Shown in pieces: positions 45,907-53,465 of a stretch of 64,000 nt of DNA. The position numbers were made by a program, and so were the translations under genes. Under the pieces are notes generated by a model that saw nothing but the letters and a program-made list of their open reading frames with translations, made no database searches and was not told the origin of the DNA. Source of the stretch: Candidatus Aenigmatarchaeota archaeon (lineage in GTDB: Archaea; Aenigmatarchaeota; Aenigmatarchaeia; QMZP01; QMZT01); the NCBI GenBank assembly GCA_963726265.1, contig CAVSBQ010000002.1, positions 959,334 to 1,023,333 of the forward strand, given 5' to 3'. How positions within the stretch are numbered: the first letter of the stretch is position 1; each line of letters begins with the position of its first letter.

Positions 45907-46000
45907 TTAAATCTTATGAAAACGGGAGATAAGAAAACTAAAGTTTATATATCCCTATATGCATATAAACTTATATGTAATATCTTAGGGATGATACCAG

Positions 46001-46330
46001 ATGCAGCAAACGAAAACGATTGCCCATGGGGAGAACCATGCGAGCAGGAGCATACATATAAATGTGTCGAAAGTGGTTTACCACTGGCCGACGCTGAAGA
46101 CAGTACTCATGGTGGAGAAAGCGGTACACGATGCCGGAATGCCTTTGTCAGTCGAGGCCCTCAAAAGGGCGCTTCCGGTCAAAATAATGGACCAGACGCT
46201 GAGGCTCATACTGGCCTACCTTGAAGACAGGGGCTCCATAATGATAGGCAAAAAAGGCATAGTGTGGCTTGAGAACAGGGATCCGAAATTCCTGAAGCTT
46301 ATCAGCAAAGGCAAGAGAATCGAGCTATGA
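46001..46330 (+). CDS. small winged-helix-like protein, hypothetical
   Basis: The C-terminal 70 aa (PLSVEALKRALPVKIMDQTLRLILAYLEDRGSIMIGKKGIVWL) look like a wHTH. The true start may be internal. Confidence 0.35.
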   Translation: MQQTKTIAHGENHASRSIHINVSKVVYHWPTLKTVLMVEKAVHDAGMPLSVEALKRALPVKIMDQTLRLILAYLEDRGSIMIGKKGIVWLENRDPKFLKLISKGKRIEL

Positions 46331-46437
46331 CAACGTTCTCGAAATCTGCGACCACAGCGCATGGGCGGGCTCGAGGACTAGCATTCTTTGCACAAGTCAC
46401 ATAAATCTTTATAAATACTAATTACGAAAACGTATAT

Positions 46438-46794
46438 ATGAATTCGGAATATATAGTCTCGAAGGAGCAGATAAAGCTGATAAACGAAAAGTATGGCGGA
46501 AGCCTGAGAAGCGACGCGGAGATAGAGACAGCCCTTGATCTTGGCAAAGGCAAGTGCGTGTTCCGCAAGATAGCTTACCTGTGGAGGGCGATACTCGTCG
46601 GCCACCCGTTCACGGACGGCAACAAGAGAACCGCCCTCATGGCCGCAATGACGATACTTGAGGCCTGCGGCATAAAGGCAGAAAGGGAGGCCAAGGAGAA
46701 TCTGGTTTCGGAAATCAGAAAAGTCGCCAAAGAAAACATAACCGACGTAGGCAGGATAGAGAGGCTGGTAAGGTATGCAGTGGAAGGAAATTGA
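46438..46794 (+). CDS. doc: Doc (death-on-curing) / Fic-fold toxin
   Basis: 118 aa with GHPFTDGNKRTALMAAM, the Doc-type HxFx(D/N)(A/G)NKR motif. Overall collinear with P1 Doc as I remember it. Confidence 0.8.
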   Translation: MNSEYIVSKEQIKLINEKYGGSLRSDAEIETALDLGKGKCVFRKIAYLWRAILVGHPFTDGNKRTALMAAMTILEACGIKAEREAKENLVSEIRKVAKENITDVGRIERLVRYAVEGN

Positions 46795-46990
46795 GAGGAT
46801 AATGAAGGAGAACGAGCGTTACGCTCGTATGCTGGAAGAGTTCGACAGGACAGGCGTCCTTGCGATAGACAAGATCCGCCGCTCCTTCACCATACGGAAT
46901 TCGACGTTCGCAGCCCTCAAAAGCCATTCGAAATCGACGGGAAGGCCAATGAGCAGCCTCATCGACGACATCGTGGAGAAGTGCCTGTAG
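46775..46990 (+). CDS. ribbon-helix-helix (CopG-like) protein, candidate Doc antitoxin
   Basis: 71 aa. RRSFTIRNSTFAALKSHSKSTGRPMSSLIDDIVEKCL fits strand-helix-helix. It overlaps the doc 3' end by 20 nt. Confidence 0.5.
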   Translation: MQWKEIERIMKENERYARMLEEFDRTGVLAIDKIRRSFTIRNSTFAALKSHSKSTGRPMSSLIDDIVEKCL

Positions 46991-47136
46991 CCATCCTAGT
47001 TCCGCAGCGGTTCTGCTGCCTGGAAAACAAAAAAAAAGAAAAATAGAAAGGCAGTGCTGACGCTAACCAAATCAAAATAAAGAACAAAAAATCTGAATCA
47101 ATTTTTTATTCGCTTTATTCGATTTATCCGGTTAAA

Positions 47137-47301
47137 TTAAAAGCGTCTCGGTGGTCTGCGCTTCTGGAAACAATCCCTGCAGTATACAGGTCTGTCTCCG
47201 GAAGGCTTGAACGGGACCTCACAGTCCTTTCCGCACTCGGAACATTTTACCTTGTGCATCTCTCTTCCGAATTTGTCGTTACTATCTCTTCTTTCTTCCA
47301 T
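47137..47301 (-). CDS. 54-aa four-cysteine zinc-ribbon protein, below the ORF-track cutoff
   Basis: My translation: MEERRDSNDKFGREMHKVKCSECGKDCEVPFKPSGDRPVYCRDCFQKRRPPRRF. ATG at 47301-47299, TAA at 47139-47137. Confidence 0.5.
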   Translation of the reverse strand: MEERRDSNDKFGREMHKVKCSECGKDCEVPFKPSGDRPVYCRDCFQKRRPPRRF

Positions 47302-47497
47302 ATTACTCACTCACTTACTTTTTTATTCAATCGCGCGATGGGGTCACCAAAACAAGTGTTTGCAACGCCATTGTTAAGCCTATATATGTATTTCCTATTT
47401 ATAAAGGCGATAGCAGGCGAAGCAGGCGGTTCAAAGCTCAAAGCCGGCAGCAGGCGGTCAAGGCAGTAAATGAGGTCAAGGCCGCCAAAGCAGTCCA

Positions 47498-47514
47498 AAG
47501 GCGGTCTCCGCCTT
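47498..47514 (-). terminator. hairpin AAGGCGG-TCT-CCGCCTT just downstream of gene 47523..47987
   Basis: 7-bp perfect stem. On the minus strand it is followed by TTTGG. Archaeal termination does not require hairpins, so the call is weak. Confidence 0.25.
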
Positions 47515-47522
47515 CGTGGCCG

Positions 47523-47987
47523 TCATCGGCGTCTGCTGCGGCGGACTGCTGCTTGAAGACTTTCAATATCGCTTCTGTAATCCGGCAGCTCTTTCATAAG
47601 CCGCAGTTCAAATTCCCCTATCTCCAGCAGCTCTGCCTTAAAATTTTCGATTAGCGGAATCTTGTCCCAGCTTAAAACGTAAGGCTTGGCTTCCTTCAGC
47701 AGAGATGTGGCCAAGGTAGTGCGGCCACCATCGTTCAATTCGTGCACTAAATTCCCCTTAGCAATGATCATGCCCGGAGCCGTTGTTCTGCCGTCGGGAG
47801 CCCTGGGGTACACACAGTCAAAATCATCATAAAGGCCGACGCATCTTATCAGCGAACCTCCATTTTCCGGCCCCTCTATGACAGGCCGTACGTGGTATCG
47901 AACTTCCCTTGCGTAGCTGAATTTGCCTGTGGCGGATATGTATTTCCCGCCTTCTCCAGCCGTGCTTCCTCCTGCCTTGCCAGCCAT
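47523..47987 (-). CDS. hypothetical protein, no family recognised
   Basis: 154 aa with backbone-like GC content. The sequence is protein-like (…VRPVIEGPENGGSLIRCVGLYDDFDCVYPRAPDGR…). Confidence 0.4.
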   Translation of the reverse strand: MAGKAGGSTAGEGGKYISATGKFSYAREVRYHVRPVIEGPENGGSLIRCVGLYDDFDCVYPRAPDGRTTAPGMIIAKGNLVHELNDGGRTTLATSLLKEAKPYVLSWDKIPLIENFKAELLEIGEFELRLMKELPDYRSDIESLQAAVRRSRRR

Positions 47988-48107
47988 GATTACCTGAAGG
48001 AAAGTTAGTTTTAAAAAATCGCCGTGTTCTTCGAGCGGGCTTGGAGGACTAGTTAAAAAACACGTGACTGCACACTAATAAAACGACGCCTGGTTTTGAA
48101 CCTTTCA

Positions 48108-48506
48108 CTATGTAATTTCTTCGGCATCTTTCACTGAATCCCTAATTATGCATTTCAGAACGATTTCGTCGGAATTTTCCCTCAGATACCTCTCCGACTC
48201 CTCCGAAGGCATCCCTCGCAACTCAGTGTCTATCCCTTCCCATCTTTTCATCATTTTTGACCACTTTTCCTTGCTTATACTGCAAATCCCGGGTCCGTTA
48301 TCGCATCCCTTGCAAATTGAAACAAGAGCTTTGATTATATCCTGATTCATGCTGCTTACTTCCTCTGTCACGTTCCCAATTCCTATTCCCATGCCCTGCC
48401 AGCAGTTGTAATCGCCAGTTGTCAGATCTTTAATGTAAGCCCCGAACAGACGCGTGTATTCTTTGCAGGAACGGCATGGGTTCGCTATCTTTCCGTCCTC
48501 GCTCAT
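48108..48506 (-). CDS. cysteine-rich hypothetical protein
   Basis: 132 aa with CRSC...C...CKGCDNGPGIC. It diverges from the REC-like gene. Confidence 0.4.
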   Translation of the reverse strand: MSEDGKIANPCRSCKEYTRLFGAYIKDLTTGDYNCWQGMGIGIGNVTEEVSSMNQDIIKALVSICKGCDNGPGICSISKEKWSKMMKRWEGIDTELRGMPSEESERYLRENSDEIVLKCIIRDSVKDAEEIT

Positions 48507-48524
48507 TCACCATTATTAGATAAC

Positions 48525-48540
48525 AATATTTATAAATATT
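48525..48540. promoter_or_regulatory. 16-bp perfect palindrome AATATTTATAAATATT, candidate bidirectional TATA box
   Basis: Its centre is about 26-28 nt from both divergent start codons (48506 and 48561). Confidence 0.5.
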
Positions 48541-48560
48541 AACTCCACAGTAATAACGAG

Positions 48561-49328
48561 ATGAATAACATGAAAAGAATACTTATCATAGAAGATAACC
48601 CAGGATACAGGGAAGGCGCTGATAAATACTTTGGCAATCAGGGAGGAATTGACATAGCCTACGCTATTGATTATGACCAAGCCATGCCTTTATTGGCTGG
48701 TGAACCGAGGCAGGACGGAGCAATCTCGGATGTTTTCTTTCCCAAGAAAACGGGTAGCGGTGACATAAGTTTGGGAAAACTAGCAATAGAAAAGATGAGA
48801 GACTCAGATCCTATAGAAAGTGCGAGAAAGGCAGTTCTGGAAAAAGTTGGCCAATATGCCAAAATAGACGACGAATTAAAGGAGTATCTTATAAATTTTG
48901 CTGATGGTTACCCTGAAAAAGGAAAAGTTATACATAATCCTACTATTTGGGCTATTGAAAGAGCCGGTAAAGTATTAGCTCCGGAAGCTGTAGCACTAAT
49001 CGTTAAAAATACGTTAAAGGTTTATATGACTTCAGCCATGCAAGCAAGAAGGGATTACTACGGTGCATTGGAAAAGGCTATTCAAGAATCAGAGGCGAAC
49101 CAGCCTCTTGGAATTCTGATAGGCGAAAGAGCAGAAGAGCTTGGTATACCATTTGTTTTAGCGACATCAACATACCACCATGACATGCTCACCCAGCCTG
49201 TCCAGTATTATGCCTTCAAAAAAAGATGGCCACTTATTGACTGTGATCCTGCAATGGGAGATGATAAAGCAAAACCTGAATTCTGGAAGATGGCCTTCAA
49301 TGTGCTGCTGGGAAAGAGTATTAAATAG
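48561..49328 (+). CDS. CheY-like receiver-fold protein with a large internal insertion; no output domain
   Basis: RILIIEDNP (beta1, acidic pair), DGAISDVFFP (beta3, Asp), PFVLATSTYHH (beta4, Thr/Ser), KAKP (beta5 Lys-Pro). About 110 aa are inserted between beta3 and beta4. Confidence 0.4.
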   Translation: MNNMKRILIIEDNPGYREGADKYFGNQGGIDIAYAIDYDQAMPLLAGEPRQDGAISDVFFPKKTGSGDISLGKLAIEKMRDSDPIESARKAVLEKVGQYAKIDDELKEYLINFADGYPEKGKVIHNPTIWAIERAGKVLAPEAVALIVKNTLKVYMTSAMQARRDYYGALEKAIQESEANQPLGILIGERAEELGIPFVLATSTYHHDMLTQPVQYYAFKKRWPLIDCDPAMGDDKAKPEFWKMAFNVLLGKSIK

Positions 49329-49345
49329 GCTGAGAATTTTTAATT

Positions 49346-49540
49346 CTATTCCTCGAACACGAACAGCTCATCCACCGTCGTCTTAAGCGCCTTCGCCACG
49401 TCATGCGCCAGGCGAAGGGAAGGGTTATACTTCCCCTTCTCCAGGAACAGAATCGTCTCGCGGCGGACACCGACTTTCCGCGCCAGCTCTTCCTGCGTTA
49501 TGTCATAGCGCGCGCGCAGTTCTTTTATGCGGTTTTTCAT
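49346..49540 (-). CDS. XRE-family helix-turn-helix transcriptional regulator
   Basis: [52 protein letters not shown]. The track ORF extends upstream to 49609. Confidence 0.75.
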   Translation of the reverse strand: MKNRIKELRARYDITQEELARKVGVRRETILFLEKGKYNPSLRLAHDVAKALKTTVDELFVFEE

Positions 49541-49565
49541 GCTACACCTGCCTGTCTCGTCAGGC

Positions 49566-50048
49566 TCATGCGTCCCCCTTCCTCCCGAAGTAGAGCTTGA
49601 AGCCCGCAAAAAGACCCAGAATCACGAAGAACACGAGCCAGATGAAATACCTGACCGGTATGTCCGGCAGCCCCAGCTCCTCCATGAACATCTGGTAGAA
49701 TGCCGCCGCGAGCAGGAACCACACGGTCCCGATCATCGCGTACCTGCCTGCCCTGTTTTCGATCTTTTCGGACCTCTCGTCACGAAGAGGAATGCCAGCT
49801 TTCACGGCCCTGTCCCGCCTCCTCACGAGGAGCACGAGCAGGGCAAGAATGGGTATAAGAGGTATGAGTGTGACAAAGAACATTGGGTTGATCCCGCCGG
49901 ACCCCTCGGAGCCCGCATAACCCATCTCAACATACAATATGAGCAGCCAGAACGCCACCACAAGGGCTCCGAAGATCCCCGCTGAAATCTTCATTACAGT
50001 CATCTTCTTTCGCTCTTTCTTCCTTTTACCTTCTCCTGCATCTTTCAT
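49566..50048 (-). CDS. DUF2178-like membrane protein, usual partner of this XRE type
   Basis: Four hydrophobic helices with an [16 protein letters not shown] linker. Same strand and directly upstream of the XRE gene. Confidence 0.5.
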   Translation of the reverse strand: MKDAGEGKRKKERKKMTVMKISAGIFGALVVAFWLLILYVEMGYAGSEGSGGINPMFFVTLIPLIPILALLVLLVRRRDRAVKAGIPLRDERSEKIENRAGRYAMIGTVWFLLAAAFYQMFMEELGLPDIPVRYFIWLVFFVILGLFAGFKLYFGRKGDA

Positions 50049-50057
50049 ATCATCACC

Positions 50058-50098
50058 ATGTTATATAATTATAACATTATGTTATATATTTATAACAT
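50058..50098. promoter_or_regulatory. two tandem 20-bp palindromes, ATGTTATA-N4-TATAACAT (50058-50077 and 50079-50098)
   Basis: Read directly from the sequence. They begin 10 nt upstream of the track start codon of the membrane/XRE operon. Confidence 0.45.
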
Positions 50099-50215
50099 AG
50101 TATATTTAAAGGTTTTTTGGAGGTCGAAGGTCAATGCTAGAGATAACAGAGAAGGTTGGAGATTAAAAGTTGAGTAAAAATGATTTTAAAGCATCTTTGA
50201 TAAACATCAAGTATT

Positions 50216-51517
50216 ATGACTACAAAAGAAATTCTCGACCCATTTAAACCGAGAAATTTTGTTATAAAATCATTAAATAAATTTAAATTTGAATATAGTG
50301 AGGAATATCAAAGATCAGAAGTATGGACTCCGGCACAAAAACAAAAATTAATCGACTCTATATTACGTTCTTATCCTATAGGTATCTTTGTTTTTATTAA
50401 AAAAGGTAAAAATAAATTTGAGGTTATAGATGGTCAACAAAGACTTAAAACTATTCAGGAATTTAAAAAAAATAAATGGAAAACTTCTAAAGAGAATGCT
50501 CTAGCTGAAAATAAATATTATAAAGATATTGAAAAAGTTGATAGTTTAAAAACCGCATTAGATGGTTTTAAGATATGGTACATACCGATAAGTAATGCAG
50601 AAGATGAACAAGTATGTGATATTTTTATAAGATTACAAGAAGGTACTCCCACTAACACACCGGAAAAGTTAAATGCGATGAAGGGTGAAATAAGAAATCT
50701 TATTTATAGATTAAGTAAAGATTTAAAATTCATTAAAAAAACATCAATTACTACTCACAGATTTAAACACAGAGAAATTTTGGCACAAATTTCTTTGTTG
50801 GAAATCGAATTTTTATCTAAAGCTATTTTTCCAGAATTTCCAAATTTGAGATTTAAGCCCCTAAAAGAAATGTATTTATCTCATAAAGATGACATACCGC
50901 CACATCTAAAAAATGATATTATAAAAACTTTTAATTTTCTCGATCATTGTTTCAAAAAATCAGCGAAATTCATAACAAATAATGGAGATTTGATGCAAGT
51001 ATATTTAGTCGCTTCAATACTATCAAAAAAATACTCATTAAATGAAAAATCAAAAAAGATTTTCGCTAAATCAGTAGAAAATTTTTTAATTAATACTGCA
51101 AGCGCAACAAAAGCTATTGAAGAACTAAGTAAAGAAGATATAGAAAAGGATCCTATAACACATTATTCATCTCTCCGAAGCAAAGGACAAACTAAAGAAA
51201 ATATTAAAACAAAATTTTTAATTATTTCAAATTATATTTTTGAAAAACTTAAAGAAGCTGAGCCAATATTCAAAAAGGACGAGAAAAGATACTTTGATCT
51301 TTGTCAGAAAATTTATGTATATTATAAAAAAGATAAAGGCAAATGCCAAAAATCTGATTGTCAAAAAGATGTAAATTGGGAAGATGCAAGTTTTCATCAT
51401 AAAGATTTTCATTCAAACAGTGGTAAAACGATAATTAAAAATTGCCAACTCATGCATAAAAAATGTCATGTGGATTTTCATTCTATAAAAAAAGATTCTG
51501 ATGAATTTATAAGTTAA
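50216..51517 (+). CDS. DUF262 (ParB-like NTPase) fused to a C-terminal HNH nuclease; GmrSD-like type IV restriction candidate
   Basis: YQRSEVWTPAQKQKLIDSILRSYPIGIFVF...VIDGQQRLKTI (DUF262). The C-terminus FHHKDFHSNSGKTIIKNCQLMHKKCHVDFH is an HNH motif. Confidence 0.7.
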   Translation: MTTKEILDPFKPRNFVIKSLNKFKFEYSEEYQRSEVWTPAQKQKLIDSILRSYPIGIFVFIKKGKNKFEVIDGQQRLKTIQEFKKNKWKTSKENALAENKYYKDIEKVDSLKTALDGFKIWYIPISNAEDEQVCDIFIRLQEGTPTNTPEKLNAMKGEIRNLIYRLSKDLKFIKKTSITTHRFKHREILAQISLLEIEFLSKAIFPEFPNLRFKPLKEMYLSHKDDIPPHLKNDIIKTFNFLDHCFKKSAKFITNNGDLMQVYLVASILSKKYSLNEKSKKIFAKSVENFLINTASATKAIEELSKEDIEKDPITHYSSLRSKGQTKENIKTKFLIISNYIFEKLKEAEPIFKKDEKRYFDLCQKIYVYYKKDKGKCQKSDCQKDVNWEDASFHHKDFHSNSGKTIIKNCQLMHKKCHVDFHSIKKDSDEFIS

Positions 51518-51536
51518 TTATCAATAATTTTTCTAT

Positions 51537-52109
51537 ATGGAACATGAAATTCATGAAGCAGTTCTTAAAAGACAAAGAGATGCTCAAAAAAGTGGAGACC
51601 GGTTTGAAATATTTGTAAAGAATTTTCTTAACAAAAAACTAAAACATAGAGATATTGCAATTTTAAGAGGAAAAGAAATTAAATGTGATTCTCCACTTTG
51701 GGAAAAATTAGCTATACCTGTTGAGAAACTAGGTTCGAAGCAAAAAATATGGGGTGATGTAGATCTAGTTGCAATTAGAGGAAAATTTCCAAACATAAAA
51801 ATTATAGCTATTATAAGCTGTAAAGTGAGTTTACATGGTCGTTTTTCTGAAACACTTTTTTATGCTTTGATATGGAAAAAAAAATTACATCATGTTAAGG
51901 TAATTTTTGTAACACCAGATAAAGGTAGACAACAAAAAGGACCTTGGAAATCTGAGTGGGGTAGTGAAGAAAAACCAACAAAGGACAGGTTACTAGGTAG
52001 TCATTTTTTAGATGGCATATACGTTTATAATAAGAGAACTAAACTTGGTGGTATGATAAAACCATTAGAAGATTCGCCAAAAGATTTAATAAAATGGTGC
52101 ATAAGTTGA
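51537..52109 (+). CDS. Mrr-like PD-(D/E)xK restriction endonuclease candidate
   Basis: GDRFEIFVKNFL ... WGDVDLVAI ... IIAIISCKVS fits the E...D...(E/S)xK restriction-endonuclease core. Confidence 0.5.
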   Translation: MEHEIHEAVLKRQRDAQKSGDRFEIFVKNFLNKKLKHRDIAILRGKEIKCDSPLWEKLAIPVEKLGSKQKIWGDVDLVAIRGKFPNIKIIAIISCKVSLHGRFSETLFYALIWKKKLHHVKVIFVTPDKGRQQKGPWKSEWGSEEKPTKDRLLGSHFLDGIYVYNKRTKLGGMIKPLEDSPKDLIKWCIS

Positions 52110-52160
52110 TTCTTAAATAAACATCTTCAATGTTTTAAAACTTTCTTATAAAACTTTATC

Positions 52161-52684
52161 ATGGAAATGGAAAGAAACAAGTATGACAAAAAAAATTGTT
52201 TAGAAAAGGGTATAAATGCTGAGGAACAGTTTCATAAAATTGCTGAAAATAGAAATTGGAAAGTTACTCATTCTACATCAGAACAGGATATCAATGAACA
52301 TTGGGACAGGTTGATTGAAAAAAATGGCAAATCATATAAAGTCGATGTTAAGGCGATGAAAAGAATGAGAAGACAAGATAATAATGCACAGGATACATGG
52401 GTTTGGATCGACTTTATGGTGTAAGACCATATGACGAGGGATGGATATATGGCGCTAAATCAGATCTTATAGCCTTTGAAAAAATGAATTCATTTATCAT
52501 AGTTAAACGTTCTGACCTGATAAATCTGATTCCTAGAATTATAGATATGAATTCTTTAGTAAGAAAAGTTGAGGATGCAAAATATAAGATTTATCAGAGA
52601 GAAAGCAGACCTGATAAAATTTCATTAATTGAAATTGAAAAATTAAATGATATTAAATGGGACGAATGGGAGAAAATTTTATAG
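52161..52684 (+). pseudogene. second PD-(D/E)xK-like protein, split by a frameshift near 52410-52420
   Basis: GINAEEQFHKIAENRNW...HWD...YKVDVKAMK. The ORFs 52161..52424 and 52397..52684 join sensibly as ...DTWVWIDF / YGVRPYDEGWIYGAKSDLIAFE. Confidence 0.4.
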
Positions 52685-52685
52685 A

Positions 52686-53460
52686 TTAACATTTAAATGT
52701 TTTGAGATCCATCTGACTCAATTGTCTTTTTGCATAATTTAATCTTTTTTCAGCTGTTTTGCAATATTCTGATGATATGTCAATATGTATGAATCTGCGA
52801 TCTGTTTTTAGAGCAACCACGGCTACGGTTCCTGTTCCACCAAACATATCCAGAACAACATTATCCTTGTACGTATAAAATTTAATCAAGCGATATATCA
52901 ATTCTTCTGGAAATGGTGCTGGATGACCATTTCTCTGTGTTTCCGGAGAAATATACCACATACCATCAGAAAATTTCATGAATTCGTCTTTTGTTATATC
53001 TGATTTTTTTTGATCTCCTTTCAATTTTGCCTTATCCTTTGAAAAAATCAGGACATACTCCCATGAAGGGACTATGTGAGGATTTGCTGGGCTTTTAAAA
53101 CTCCCCCACGCAGTTCTTTTTAACATGGTTTGTTTATACCATAGAATTTCCGTTCTGAAAATCATACCTAAATCTCTCAATTGACTGGCAAAATCATGGT
53201 GAATAGGAGTAAAATTCTTTATTCCCGTTGGTGCTATATTCAAAGCAAACCTGCCTCCAGGAACGAGTAGATGCTTTGTTTCTCTTCCAAACTTTGTTTA
53301 ACCATTCAAGATACTCTTTATACTCCATTTTGTCATTGTGATTATCGTAATCTTTGCCTACATTATAAGGTGGTGAAGTAATCGCAAGATGAATACTATT
53401 GTCTGGTATTTTTTTCATCTCTTCCAATACGTCCCCGCAAATTATTTTACCGATTTCCAT
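52686..53460 (-). pseudogene. beta-class N4/N6 DNA methyltransferase (SPPY type), split by a frameshift near 53262-53275
   Basis: N-terminal part: ITSPPYNVGKDYD (motif IV). C-terminal part: HPAPFPEELIYRLIKFYT and VLDMFGGTGTVAVVA (motif I). Shifting one nt restores ...WKETKHLLVPGGRFALNIAPTG.... Confidence 0.75.
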
Positions 53461-53465
53461 TTATC

